Below the pieces are notes generated by a model. It did no database searches. It was given only the letters and a program-made list of their open reading frames with translations, and had not been told where the DNA came from. 64,000 bases of DNA from Glaucostegus cemiculus (taxonomy: Eukaryota). The DNA lies in NCBI GenBank assembly GCA_976551045.1, contig CDPCPM010000010.1:8742001-8806000 (forward strand), written 5' to 3'. Each line of letters begins with the position of its first letter. Position 1 is the stretch's first letter. The position numbers and the translations under genes are program-made. Below are positions 1 to 12,617 of the stretch, piece after piece.

Positions 1-786
1 CTGCTGATGCCATGCGTTGGGTACGCGCATTGGAAATTCAGAGTTTATCAGCAGGAGGGACCTCTTCACCAGTACTATTAAAAATGATCATCAATTGCTT
101 TCAGCTTCCTTGCCGTTTTATTACTGAGTGCAGTATGGAGGAAGGTATCGTTTGGTCTTTTTCGAGGCACTATCACTTTTCAAGAATTGTAGCATTTCAG
201 AAAAAACAAGTTATGAGCAGAACCCTCCTGCTCCTAAACTTAGCTCCATTAGTAACCATTACTCTAGAGTGCAGCACGACAGAGAGGATGAAGAAAGAAG
301 GGCATTCAGAGCAAAGTGACCTGATCAGAAGGGGAAGGTAGGAGAGAGTACCCCAACGGGAGGCCCTATGAGCAAACATATTCGAGGGACAATTCTCCAA
401 AGTGCACCTCAACAAAGAGTTATGAGCTTGGCCAGATAATTTGATATAAAGGTCCTGAAAGAGATATGTAACATCGTGATGTTACAACTACTGCTAGCTT
501 AGGGCCAGACTGTGTTGCAGGAATTGTTAAGGTCATTTTGCCCATCATATTTTTTTTTGTTATTGCTGAGGCTCTTTCCAAGCTGGAACTAGAAACATCA
601 GCCACATAGCACTGTTTGTTGCACACTACAGTTTCTTGGAGGTCACAGTTGTCTTGTACTGCGGGACAACGCATCTCCTTCTCCTTAAGTAGTGACTGGC
701 CACATCTCCTCCTCCTTTCTCAAATAGTGCTACTTGCAGCGTGAGCTTCACAAAGACCACAAACTTCCTGAAGGAGCCAAGACAGA

Positions 787-1185
787 GATTCAGATCAGAA
801 TCAGAATCAGTTTTATTGTCACAACCATATACATACATAGTATGCATAGGAGTGAGATACCGTCCTCCTCAGGTGCTCATCCCATAAAATAACAAACAAC
901 AGAGACACACAGACACACAGAACAAAAAAACATTAAAAACCATGGAAGTTTAAATTAAATTAAATACGCAGATTAAATTAAAAAACGGCCGGTAAATAAA
1001 TAGATAGTTATTAAAGTGAACGGTCTGGTGGCGGGCATTTAAAGTGCTGGTACATTTCTGTGCACCTAGCATCTCTTAGTGTTAACAAGGAAGATGGAGG
1101 GATGAGAGAGTTCGCAGTTCTGATGGCTTGCGGTAAGAAGCTATTGCTCAGCCTGGTCGTTCTCGCCCTGATATATTTGAGCCTC
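787..1185 (-). mobile_element. Rex1/Babar-like LINE 3' fragment
   Basis: Near-identical to 27541-27930; (CTGATT)n tail; encodes the RARTTRLSNSF-like C-terminus. Confidence 0.75.
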
Positions 1186-2368
1186 TATCCATAATCATAA
1201 AGGCTACCATTTCTGGATCGTGCAGCTAGTCTGCAACCATACCCAGCACATCATGATGTTTGCTGCCCAGTAGGTAGGCGACATATACAATAATCATATT
1301 TTACATTAGTCTGTTGCAGCATTATCTTTCAGCCATGCCAAAGCAACAATGGATGTCCTCTCACTATCCAGAGTGAAGTCAATGCATGAGAGTACTATGT
1401 ATTATCACAAGCACCAGCCGCAACTTAATCAAGCAGACCTCAAGTAACGCCAGTGCTATTTTCAACCACAGTGAAGAAGCCTTGTGATATACAGAACAGC
1501 AGGTCTCCAACCACAACTAAATCTATACAAACTTTAATTAATCAGTCTGAGTATTTCATCAGTGCTTGTGTCCTGTGCATCTTCCCTTGATCTAGTGTTC
1601 TGCCAATGGCTATGGCAGGGCTGCCAGAAGACTGCTGATTTTCGGTGGAATGTCCAGTAGGCTCAGTGTTGGATTGCACCTCTCACCATGAACGCTGGTA
1701 TCTAAACTGGCCGGTAGATAAAAACCAGCAAAGGCATTGGAGAGTGGCAGTAGTGAAGTCATGAATGCTCTTACCCTGAGGGGACCAGCAGATTCATGCT
1801 CCACAGATTCACTATCAATCTCCCAAGGGAAGGTCTCAGCAATTCTCAGGAACAGATTGCTGGAGTGCTGTGACTTCTGCAAAACCCTTTTAAACACTTG
1901 TATCCAGAGCCACAATGGTAGCAGTTTGAGCTTGCACGGTTGCAAGATATCCTTACATGAGAGAAGTCTAAGCTTGCATGGTTACTGTCTGAGTTTCCAC
2001 CACAGCATTCAGATAATGAATGACTTCTGCTTCTGTTTAAGAGGAAGCTGAAATATCAGTCATCCAACCACACATCGGCTGTGCTAGCTTTGAAGTGGAG
2101 CTGCCACCACTTTCACACTGGGAAAGAATGGCTCCAATCTCAATACAAAGTCCTTTGCAAGGTTGTCACCAGATTCCCTCCTGCTCATGGATACCACATG
2201 CACACTTTCCATTAAGCTTACCAATGCATCAAGCATTTAATCATGCAAACTCATTAGCTTGCTTCAGTAGACTGCTCACTCAGAGTATTTATCTGAACCC
2301 CTTGTATGGACTTGTCCTGTAGAGGATTGAAACCTTTATTATCCTATCCAAACAGACGACCTGCAAGC

Positions 2369-2632
2369 TATTTTATTATTAAATTTTATTAAATTTTATT
2401 TACAGCGTGGTAACAGATCCCTTTGGCCCAACGAGTCCGCGCCGCCCACTTTAAACCCCCAAATTAACCTACCCATACGTCTTTCAGAATGTGGGAGGAA
2501 ACCGGAGCACCTGGAGGAAACCCACGCAGACACGGGGAGAACGTACAAACTCCTTACAGTCAGCGCTGGGAATCGAGCCCCGATCGCTGGCGCTGTAACA
2601 GCGTCGCGCTAACCGCTACGCTATCGTGCCGC
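2369..2632 (-). mobile_element. Young tRNA-derived V-SINE (HE1-like)
   Basis: - strand starts GCGGCACGATAGCGTAGCGG (A box), then GGCTCGATTCC (B box), V-domain TTTGTACGTTCTCCCCGTGTCTGCGTGGGTTTCCTCC, a CR1-like 3' end and an (AATAAAATTT)n tail. CpGs intact. Confidence 0.85.
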
Positions 2633-5058
2633 AGTGCACGGTGTCTCACTATATGAAGTGAGACACTACTTGTGCACAGTGACTCACTATATGAAGTTGA
2701 CTGCTCCTAAACTAATCTCTGGAGTAATTCTATGAAGAGCTTGCATCTGAGCTAGTGGCTACAAGTGTTAGATCTAGTGTTGGAATGCATTCATCTTCCT
2801 GTCTTGGTATGAGGCAATGATTGCCCTGTTTTGGTTAACTGAAAGGGTAGTGCTGAGGTGAAGAGGACAAGGTGTGCCACTTGTAAATCACAGGAACGTT
2901 TGAGATCAGGAAGAAGTGAACTGTCAGAAGGATTAGGTGTGATCATCAATGGTGTCAGTGTCAGTTTTGGCCATGGACATTTTATTGACACTTCTAATTA
3001 TGGTCTGGACTCTCTCCTCCAGGTAGATCAAAGCTGCAGGTTTTGTTTGTTGTTGGTGGTGCTCATTGAAAGGCACCTTCCCTAGAAAGAAAGAGGGAAA
3101 TGTGTTAATGAATTTTGTTCAGGTGATGCGTCTGTCATGGGAGAATACCTGGCAGTGTGTGAAGGTATAAGATTTGCAAATAGTGCTTGGAGTAGTGGTG
3201 TAGTTTATGAGGATGTGATGTGCCAAATGAAATTTAGGTCCCCGGCTGATAGAGATTGTTGGTAGTGAATGATAGCAGCATGTGCATTGAGCAAGACTAG
3301 TGGTGCCTTTGGGGAGATATGGCCTTTGAAGATGTGGTCACTGACTTTGGCCATGCTTGTATGATCATTGCATATTCTGTCCCACTGCATTCATGTGCTT
3401 GGGGCTGTACTACCCACAATGACCTCGACAATGACTTTTCCCTCTGCTACTCTAACACTCGCTTGAAAGGAAAATAGGTCCCTGTGGCTAGAGGACCTCT
3501 CTCCTCATCTACCAAAACCTCCTGCACTCCATCTGAAAATCTGAGTGCTCATTCTAGCCACACATGTTCTGCTATACACTGTAAAGACATCTGGAATGAC
3601 TTCTACCAATAGTTCCAGACATAATTTATTTGCCTTTAAGAGGTACAAGTTGGGCTTAAATCAACTTTATCTTGTGCATGTCAAACACAGCACTGAGACC
3701 CACAATAAAACACAAAGCCAATCAACAATGTTATTAGGCTTGCCTAGTAGCAGAAACCATAATAATAAGCAGGCAGCACAAATTTCATTTGAATTTCTAG
3801 GTCTCATTTACCAGTGCTATCCAATTTAACCCCTAGAGTTTTATATACCATTCAAGATGTTCAGCTGAGCAATGAATTAAAGAGATTGACAATTTGGAAC
3901 CTTTTCCTTCATTAAAAGCATGCTGTTCCTTTATAGTTATCTTAGTTTGCTGTTATACTGTTTAAGTACTCTGTAAAAGTAAACCTGCAGAGTCCAGTCT
4001 AATCTAACAGTGCACTAAAATAGGAGAAATAAAATGCCAGGCAGTTAGAGGGTTCAATACTACTTGTGAATTTGAAAGGTGCTTTCTGACCCTGGTCTCC
4101 ATACATTTGGTATGCATCTCAAAACTGTAAATTAGTAATAATGTGTACTGAAAACATTCCCAATCTTGTACTGGTAACATTTTTATCCTTGATTTAGCAT
4201 GACCTCAATAAATGCATTTATTCACACTTCCATATAATGATAGAAGTAATTTGACCTATACACCCTGAACCAGCTGTGGAACCATGAGAATATACAGTGC
4301 ATATCTCTTACTTCTACAGTCCTTCGAACACAAGATGGTATGTGTCATAAAACTGCAGTCTGAACTTATTAAAAAACTTTTCATAAATCTGGTATTAGTC
4401 AAGTTCAAGATGCTCCTGCAACTGAGCCTAAAAATTGCTGTGAGTTGTTTTAACAAAAGTGCATTAAAATAATGCTTATGATATTACTTCATGCATTTTA
4501 TCAAGTCAAGACTAACTTACTTTAAATGGTAGTGGATAAGGTAATATTTTATAAATATATTAAGAAATCATATGTTAAAATCACACGTGTCAGTACTGTG
4601 TTTCTACATGTTCTTAATTTAGCTTTTTGCTTAGACTAAATCACCAATACAGTTATCTGAAAGACAACATTTTGGTGGAATGTTTTGCCTCATTGCCGTG
4701 AAATTCAGCCGCGCATTTAACTTCGCCATTTGCAACACAGCAATCACAGCAGAGCAAGTTATTCAGCTACAGGTACATTGTGCATGTAAGCTATACTGCT
4801 GGCAAGAGATTATTTTCACACAGATCCTGTTGAAATATAAAAATTACTGGTATTATTCCAAACCATGTTGATAGATTGATCACTTTACTAACATTAACAA
4901 CATACCCAATGCAGAACCAAAACCGATCTACAGTCCTTGATGTAGAGGATAGAAAGCATTTGCTTTCAATGCACTGATTAATGCAAGTACAAAAATGTAA
5001 CTTCTGAGTTGCTACACATTTTAATTCTTCTATCACGTCAACATTGTGGTGAATTTAC

Positions 5059-5097
5059 CTGAAACGACGCTTGAAACGCCTTCTTTGGTTTTAGACC
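5059..5097 (-). CDS. SNCB: Synuclein second coding exon: (G)SKTKEGVSSVVS
   Basis: ttttctcag|GGTCTAAAACCAAAGAAGGCGTTTCAAGCGTCGTTTCAG|gtaaat on - strand; 39 nt, phase 1/1, in frame with the previous exon. Later exons were not found in 1-5058 and probably lie left of the window. Confidence 0.9.
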
Positions 5098-5584
5098 CTG
5101 AGAAAAGATTAAATATAAATATTATTTATGTGCATTTTGTTGAAACCATCATTCTGTGAGTGATTGTTTAATTCACGAATATGTATTGCTACATGGCACC
5201 ATTGTTTTCGTTACCTTTAAAGGCAGTCGCACTGAAGTGAATGTGGATGCTATATCCTTGGGAAAAGGATATATTTTGCAGGGTTTAGAGAGAGTGCCAT
5301 ATGGCTGGTCCATCTGCTCAGCGGAAATAAGACCTTTGAGACTGAATCAGACCGCAGCAAATAACGAGAGCAGTCTTTGGCGGAGAATACGACGGTCTCC
5401 CGAGAATAAATAAAAACGTATTTCGTTTATTTTTAGCAACTGACCCTATTAATTTGTCTTTGGAATATTCATTTAGAAACCGCTTTAGCACATTTTATAT
5501 ATATGTAGAAGTCACTTGTCAGTTACTGTGGAAAGGCATGCTTCCTTGTAATGATACTGCCTTACATTACACGCTGGCTGGTTA

Positions 5585-5746
<162 letters not shown>

Positions 5747-5839
5747 TCAACGGAGCACTGCAGAATAAACATCTACTAAATCTGATTTATTCACCCCCCC
5801 AAGCAAAGAAGGTAACAGGCATCGACAGATAAATTATAC

Positions 5840-6500
5840 AAACATCAGTACTGACCTTTGTCAACCTGGGTACTAATGGATTGGGACAGATTTGATCAAA
5901 ATACCATGAGGAAGGGGGTGGAGGAGGAGGAGGGGGGATGCTTTCAGATTAAGCGAGGAGAGAGATCATCCTGTTCTGCGGTGATGATGCTGCTGATTAA
6001 CTGACCTGTCAGCCTAATGCTCCTGTGGTGCTGTCTGTAGATTGCTCCCTCAAAGCTCCTGTCCTCTTCCGGATCTATTGCTCTTCGGAGAGCGCGTGTG
6101 ATTTCATCAAAGTGCCGTGCAACCGCACACGGACACTCACACATCCTCCCCTTTCCAGGAATGTAATTCCCCTAAGACGAGATACATTATTTTCCACCGA
6201 CGATCTCGCGTCTTCCCCGTAACCACGACTCCCGTCTAATCAATGAGTCGAGAGGGGCTGCAGTGCAGTGGTGCGGCCGAGCAAGCTTCGGTTTCCCCCC
6301 TTTTCAAACATATTTGGAGAGTTTCCTCCCTCCACTCCAATATCGACAACATTTCCAATGCAAGTCGTGGATTCTGAAGTGAGCGGAATATCCATTGGTT
6401 AACGGAGCCGGTTCTATAAAGTATTCCAGACGACAATGCTCGGATGACAGAAAGAACACCCATATACTTTAAAATAACACGCCCGGACAACTTAATAAAA
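5840..6500. promoter_or_regulatory. Probable synuclein 5' non-coding exon(s) and promoter region
   Basis: Non-repetitive and CpG-retaining. Two AG|GTCAGT donor candidates on - (GT at 5855 and 6005), CCAAT at 6355, ATTGG at 6394, TATAAA at 6415 (+). Confidence 0.55.
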
Positions 6501-6614
6501 TAATCAGCAAGACAGGTAGCATTTGTGGAGAGAGATTCTACATCGGACCCGTAGAACTTGGGGAACTTTAATTTTCCGAAGAAAAGTTTGCAACTTGTTG
6601 ATAAATTATTTAAA

Positions 6615-8580
6615 ACAGTACAGCACAGGAACAGGCCCTTATAAAATTATGATAATTATTATTATCTGCGCCGACCATGACGCCAATTTAAACTAATGCC
6701 ATCTGCCTGCACGTGGTCCATATCCCTCCATTCCCTGCCCCTTCATGTGCCTGTCTAAATGCCTCTTAAACTTTGCTATCATATCCACTTCTATCACCTT
6801 CCCTGGCAGCACGCTCCAGGCACCCCACCACTCTGTGTGAAACAAAACTTGCCTGGCAAGTATCCTTTAAACTTTCCTCCTCTCAGATTAAACCTCTGTC
6901 CAACGGGGAAATAAAAAGACTCTGACAATCTACCTTATCTATGCTTCTCATAACTTCATATATTTTTTATCATGTTGCCCCCTCAGCCTGCAACATTCAG
7001 GAGAACTGCACACCATACTCCATAAGTGGCCTAACGAAAGTTTTGTACAGCTTCCTCATGGCTTCCTAACTTTTCTACTCAACGCCCCGACCAATGAAGG
7101 CAAGTATGCTGTATGTCTTCATTACCACCCTGTCTACCTGTGTTGCCACTTTCAGGGAACTCTGGATGAGCACACCAGGTTCCCTCCATATGTCAGTGCT
7201 TCTGAGGATCCTGCCATTTACTGTATCCTTTCCTCTTGCATTTGACCTCCCAAAATGCGTCACATCACCCTTGTCTAGATTGAACTCCATCTGCCATTCC
7301 TCTGCCCGAATTTCCAATTGATCTCTATCCTGCTGCAACCTTTGACAATGTTCCTCGCCGACTGTAAAAGATAGAAATAAAAAAAAAGTAATCTGGCTTA
7401 AAATATAAAGAAATGTGTCATCTTTAACATTATGCTTTTTGGAAATCAGGTCAGCTTTTACTCGCTTAGCTATTCACAGTAACAGAAATTATGACCAGGG
7501 GTGCCCAAACTTTTGCATGCTTCTGTACATTCCAAACAAAAGAGGTCCCAGTACTAATCCTCATGGAACTCCACTGGCCACAGACGTCCAGTCAGAAAAA
7601 CACCCCTCTACACTAATTTTGGATCCAATTTACAATTCATTGTGGATCCCATATGACTTAATCTTCTGGATCAGCATACAATGAGGGACCTTGTCAACTG
7701 CTTCCCCAGTATCCACAGCCTTACCCTCAGCAATCATCTTCATTACTTCCTCAAAAAGATATCAAATTTATGAGACAGGACATAGCCCACAAGAGCAATG
7801 CTGACCATCCCTAATAAGTCCATGCTTTTCCAAATATGAGTTAATTCTTTCCCTAAGAATCTTCTTCAATGATTTCCCTACCGCTGATGTAAAGCTAACC
7901 GCCTACAATTTCCTGGTTTGTCCCTGCTCCCCTTTTTAAACAAAGGAGCAACATTGGCTATTCTCCAGTCTTCTGGCACTTCATCTGTGGCTAAAGAGGA
8001 TACAAAGATCTCTGTCAAGGCCCCAGCAATCTCCTCCTTTGCTTCCCTCAATATCCTGGGATAGATCCCACCAGACCCTGGGGACTTATCCACCTTAATG
8101 TCTTTCAAGTCACCAAAGATCTCCTCCTTAATATCAACATGCCCTACAGTATCAATGCACCCTTTCCTCATCTCACCATCCTCTATGTTCTTCTCCTTGG
8201 TAAATACCAATGTGAAGTACTCATTAAGGACCCCATCCACTCTCTCTGGCTCTACACATAAATTCCCTTCCTTGTCCTTGAGTGGACCTACTCTATCCCC
8301 AGCTACCTTCTTGCTCCTAATATACAGATAAAATGCCTTGGGATTCTCCTTAATCCTACTTGCTCTGGCCACTTTTAGCCCTCTTAATTTCTTGCTCAAG
8401 TTCTTTTCTGCTTCCTTTACATTCCTCGAGGGCTATGTATTATTTCTAGTTCCTAATCCTTTCATCTGTTACTTTTTCTTTTTGACTAAGCTTATATCTT
8501 GTCATCCAAAGTTCCCGAACCTTGCCATCCTTATCTTTCATTCTCAAAAGAATTTGCTGGTCCTGAACTCGAATCAGCTG
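6615..8580 (-). mobile_element. CR1-clade LINE fragment (RT to 3' end), interrupted by a Tc1 end
   Basis: ORFs 7878-8399 (KSPGSGGIYPRILRE, PEDWRIANV.PLFKKG) and 7075-7338 (WQMEFN); 3' end near 6615. Confidence 0.9.
7361..7525 (+). mobile_element. Solo partial terminal inverted repeat of the Tc1 family seen at 52310-53591
   Basis: Matches 53430-53591 and ends GGGGTGCCCAAACTTTTGCATGCTTCTG|TA. Confidence 0.85.
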
Positions 8581-9468
8581 GTGGTATAGTGGACAGTGAA
8601 GAAGATTACAACAGGATCTAGATCAACCGGGCCAATGGGCAAGGAATGGCAGACGGAGTTTAATTCAGAATAACGTGAAGTGTTGCACTTTGGTAAGACA
8701 AGCCAGGGCAGGACTTACACAGTAAATGGTAGGGTGCTGGGGAGCATTATAGAACAGAGAAACCTATGGATGCAGAATCATAGTTTCTCGAAACGGCAGA
8801 CACAGGTAGACAGGGTGGTGAAGAAGGCACTTGCACACTTGCCTTCTTCAGTCAGGATATTGAGTACAGGAGTTGGGACATCATGTTACAGCTGTACAAA
8901 ACATTGGTAAAGCCACATTTGAAGTTCTGTGTATAGTTCTGGTCACCCTACTATAGAAAGGATGTCACTAAATTAGAAAGGGTACAAAAAAAATTTACAA
9001 GGTTGTTACCAAGACTGGAGGGTTTGAACTATAGGGAGAGGCTGGATAGGCTAGGACTTTTTCCCCTGGAGTATTGGAAGTTGAAGGGTGACCTTATAGA
9101 GGTTTATAAAATCATGAGGGGCATAGATAAGGTGAATAGCCGCAGTCTCTTCCCCAGGGTAGGGGAGTCCAAAGCTAGAAGGTATAGGTTTAAAGTAGAA
9201 GAAAGGTTTAAAAAGGATTTGAGGGGCAGTTTTTTCACACAGAGTGTGGTGCATATATGGAACGAGCTGCCAGAGGAAGTGGTGGAGGTGGGTACAAATA
9301 TGACATTTAAAAGACATTTGGACAGGGTGCATGGATCAGAAAGACTTAGAGGGATATGGGCCAAAACACAGGCAAATGGGACTAGCTCATTTAGACAACT
9401 TGATCGGCATGGACAATTTGGGCTGAAGGCCCCATTTTCTGTGTTATATAGCTTTATGACTCCATGGT
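8581..9468 (+). mobile_element. 5'-truncated CR1-clade LINE (3' part)
   Basis: ORFs 8680-8910 and 9003-9497 (YRERLDRLGLF.LE..LKGDLIEVYKIM, WNELP). Confidence 0.9.
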
Positions 9469-9784
9469 ATAAAAATTGCTATATCAACAGGCCATAGATT
9501 TTGTAATAGTGTTCACTTTCTGTGGTTATACCCGTACCACTTTTTCCAAAGTCCAGGGGAAACCTTGTGTAATGTTTTGGGAAGTTTCACGTCCCGCTTT
9601 CTACTTAACACCAATTGTTCATTCATCCTATGGGCCTTCTCCTCAAAGAACATCTGGCCCTTTGAGGCTAATTTAATATTCTCTTCATCTCACAGACAGC
9701 CTGCCCACAAGTTCCAAATGAGGACTGTTGGCCTAGATTTTGCTGTTGAAATGATTGCAAAGCTCTCAGCATTCCAGCTCCTCA

Positions 9785-10290
9785 GAAAATGAAGCAACCC
9801 AGACCTGCCTGTTGCAAGACCTCGACAATATCCAGGCATGAGCTGATAAGGGGCAAATGCCATTCCCACCACACAAATGCAAGGCAAAGACCATCTCCAA
9901 TGTGAGAGAGTCTAACAACCTACCCTTAATATTCAGGGGATTACTATTGCTCAAGTGGCCCACTATCAACATCCTGAACTGGACAAGCCACACAAGTACT
10001 GTGGCTGCAAGAGCAAGTCAATGGCTAGGTGCCCAGCAGCGAGTGACTTACCCCTGGAAACGTTACAGCCTTTCCAGCAAGGCACCTTCCCAGATGAGTG
10101 CAGTTCTAACAACACTCAAGAAGTTCAACACCATCCAGGACAAAGTTACTTGCTAGACTTACAACACATTTACTATCCTGAACATTCATTTCCTCTCTCA
10201 CTGGCTGCAGTGTGTGCTATCAACAAAATACGCTACAGTTCTTGTCAAGGTAACTCTGACAGTAGCTCTCAAACCAACAACCTGGGAGGA
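9785..10290 (+). mobile_element. Old LINE (CR1/L2-group) RT 3' fragment
   Basis: Degraded QDLDNIQA*ADK.QM.F.PHKC motif at ~9815-9880. Confidence 0.55.
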
Positions 10291-10399
10291 CAAGAGCTGC
10301 AAGCACACAGAATCCACCAGGAATGTATCACAGTTCCTGGTGAATCTAAATCCTGATCCTGCTATGTTAAATCCTGAGTCTATGTTGGTTCTCAGAGCA

Positions 10400-10686
10400 A
10401 TTCCATCAATCCCATTGCCCCACTTATTTCCTGGTAATCTATTCACTCACACATATCCATTAACATCACCCTGATTCTTCCGCCTACACATCAGGGAACT
10501 TACAGAGGCCAATTAACCTACAAACTGCATGTCTTTGCATGTCAGAATAAACAGGGGTATCTGGGGAAAATATGGCTAGAAAGAGAATGCATAAACTCCA
10601 CACTGTCAGCACCTGGGGTCAGGACTGAAGCTGAGTTGCTGGAACTGTAAGGTAGCAGCTCAACTGGATGTGCCATAATGCCATCC
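10400..10686 (-). mobile_element. Old V-SINE copy
   Basis: Diverged match to 2460-2630 (aattaaccta...gtcttt...aaactccacac...). Confidence 0.65.
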
Positions 10687-12318
10687 CTAGTGTGTAGATG
10701 TTATTATTTAAGAAATTGTGTTAAAGTACTCCCACTGTGGCACTTAGGAAAAGGTAAAGGGCAAAATTCGGGAGCTGGATTTGGTAATGTGGTTAGAATT
10801 ACATCAGAAATTATATTCATCTACCTGTGATGTACAGACACATAGGTGGAGGCTTTATTTTTCTGATCCTGATTTTATTTACACTGTTTCATATAGAAAT
10901 CCCTAAATGTGTTGGAACCGTTTTTATGAAAAGTAACCAAAGTTAATAATTTGACTTTACTACTAACCTATCCACGTCAACCGTATTATCTCATGGTATG
11001 CTTACAATCAAGTAGGATAGGTCAGATACACTCTTAGCCAACCATTAGCTCTGTGAAAGGTTGACTTGGATGACATGTTTGATATATCTTAAGTTGCAAG
11101 CTATAAGACCATTATAAATAGCCAAATATTTCATATAGGTCTTGCATTGTAAACATAGTAACCGAAAATAGCATACAAGGGAATGTAAATTTGTTCAAGT
11201 GAATCAACACATGGGCTATGACTGCCAACTCTGTTTGCTTTGCACTTAAACATCCCAATAGTTTTAAAGCCACATCTATTTTTCAGACTGCATTACAGGT
11301 TCCACATCCTGTCTTCCTTTATCCCTTCTCTACGTCACTGGAACCATCCACTCAGATGTCTCTATCCTTTGGATGTGGTCCGGCTATAAATCTTGTTCCT
11401 TTTCCTCTTTTTTCCTGGTCTTCCTGGATACTTCACACTGGCAGCAATGAGTGGAAGACACTTAGGAAGATGTTTCATAATGTATAGAATAGATGCATTC
11501 CTAGGAGAAAGAAACATTTCTAGTAGAGAGTTCAGCCTTTGAGGTTAAAAACATAAGAAACTTAAAGCAAATTATTGTGTAGTTAGCTGGCACATCAAAA
11601 GGTTTAACAGAATGTAATAACCAGCAGAAGTGACTAAATAATTAATAAGAAAGGAAAAGTTACAGTATGATATAAAGCAAGCTAGAAATATGAAAGCATA
11701 TATTAAGAGTTTCTATAGATATTTCAAGAAAGAAAAGAGTTAACAATATGTCTATCGATATCAAATCTAGGGAACTAATAATGGAAAACAAGGAGATGGC
11801 AGATGAATTAAAACAGAAATCTTCACTATAGAGTATACGGGTAACATCCCAAAATAGCTGTATAATTTACAGTTGGAAAGGAGGAATGAACTCAGGGAAA
11901 TGGGGTGGATTCCGTTAGATGGGAAAATAACATAAGTAATGCCTTCAATCTGAAAAGATCAAAGTCTGGTTAGCTTAACATCTGTCATAGGGACAAATGG
12001 TTGAAGCTATTCTTGAAGACATTGTGGCAGGGCACTTAGAAAAAATCAAAGTAATCAGGCAAAGTCAATATGGTTTTGTGAAAGTGAAATCATGTTTAAT
12101 CAAATTATTGGAGAGCTTTGAAGAAATAACATATGGAGTAGATATAGGGGATATACTATACTGATATTTCCAGAGGATGTTGGATAAGTTGTCTCATCTA
12201 AAGTTATTTGCAGAAAACGAAAGCTCATGATGTAGGAAGTAATATCTTGGCCTTGACAGAAGACTGGTTGGATATGAGGAAATAGAAAGTAGGTAGAAAT
12301 GGGAATTTGGGAAATGGG

Positions 12319-12453
12319 AACAGTCCAGATGAAGGGTCTCAACCCAATATGTTTACTGTCCCTTTCCCTCCATAGATGCTGCCTAACCCACTGAGTTCCT
12401 CCAGCACTTTGTGTATTGTTCCTGATTCCAGCATTGGCAATTTCTTGTGTCTC
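12319..12453 (+). mobile_element. Short Penelope-derived terminal-repeat fragment within the old CR1
   Basis: cagtccagatgaagggtctc...atagatgctgcct...ctgagttcctccagca; same family as 22302-22435. Confidence 0.7.
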
Positions 12454-12617
12454 CTGGGAAGTTTTCTGATTGGCAAAATGTAACAGATAGTGTGCCACAG
12501 GGATTGGTGCTGGAGCCTCATCTTCTTATAATTTCTGTAAATGACTTGGATGGAGGCACTTAAGTTATAATTGCTAAATTCACTGTTGATACCAAGTTAG
12601 GTAGGAACGTATGTTCT

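Larger units (their letters stand above)
250..3600. mobile_element. Highly decayed PIF/Harbinger-like transposon relic (DDE transposase remnants on +, Myb/SANT-like remnant on -)
   Basis: Broken + strand remnants resemble the KGY(PL) (~1200), H..TRN.IEQ (~1405-1440) and ALQY.PE.V (~1475-1510) motifs. The - strand at ~3345-3430 reads 'APST*MQWDRICNDHTSMAK', resembling Myb/SANT 'PRTW.QCRKKFNDL..' followed by gtcagt. Recognised from memory; no TIRs located. Confidence 0.45.

Noticed and set aside
2560-2632. tRNA gene
   Set aside because: The A and B boxes belong to a SINE head that continues into the V-domain and LINE-derived tail.
1-5058. Further synuclein exons (VAEKTKEQ... and the acidic tail)
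   Set aside because: No matching - strand sequence found by eye; probably left of the window.
6015-6140. REST/RE1-like motifs near the synuclein 5' end (gtggtgctg; gcacacggaca)
   Set aside because: Only half-sites or wrong spacing relative to TTCAGCACCACGGACAGCGCC; needs a PWM scan.
6500-6535. CAG|GTAGCA as the donor of an EIF4E1B non-coding exon
   Set aside because: Weak donor, and the sequence resembles a decayed Penelope terminal repeat (cagcag.tcaggcagcatctgtggagagag).
6615-9468. Opposed CR1 pieces as a single twin-priming inversion
   Set aside because: Both pieces contain the same 3' region and each has its own 3' end, so they are two insertions.
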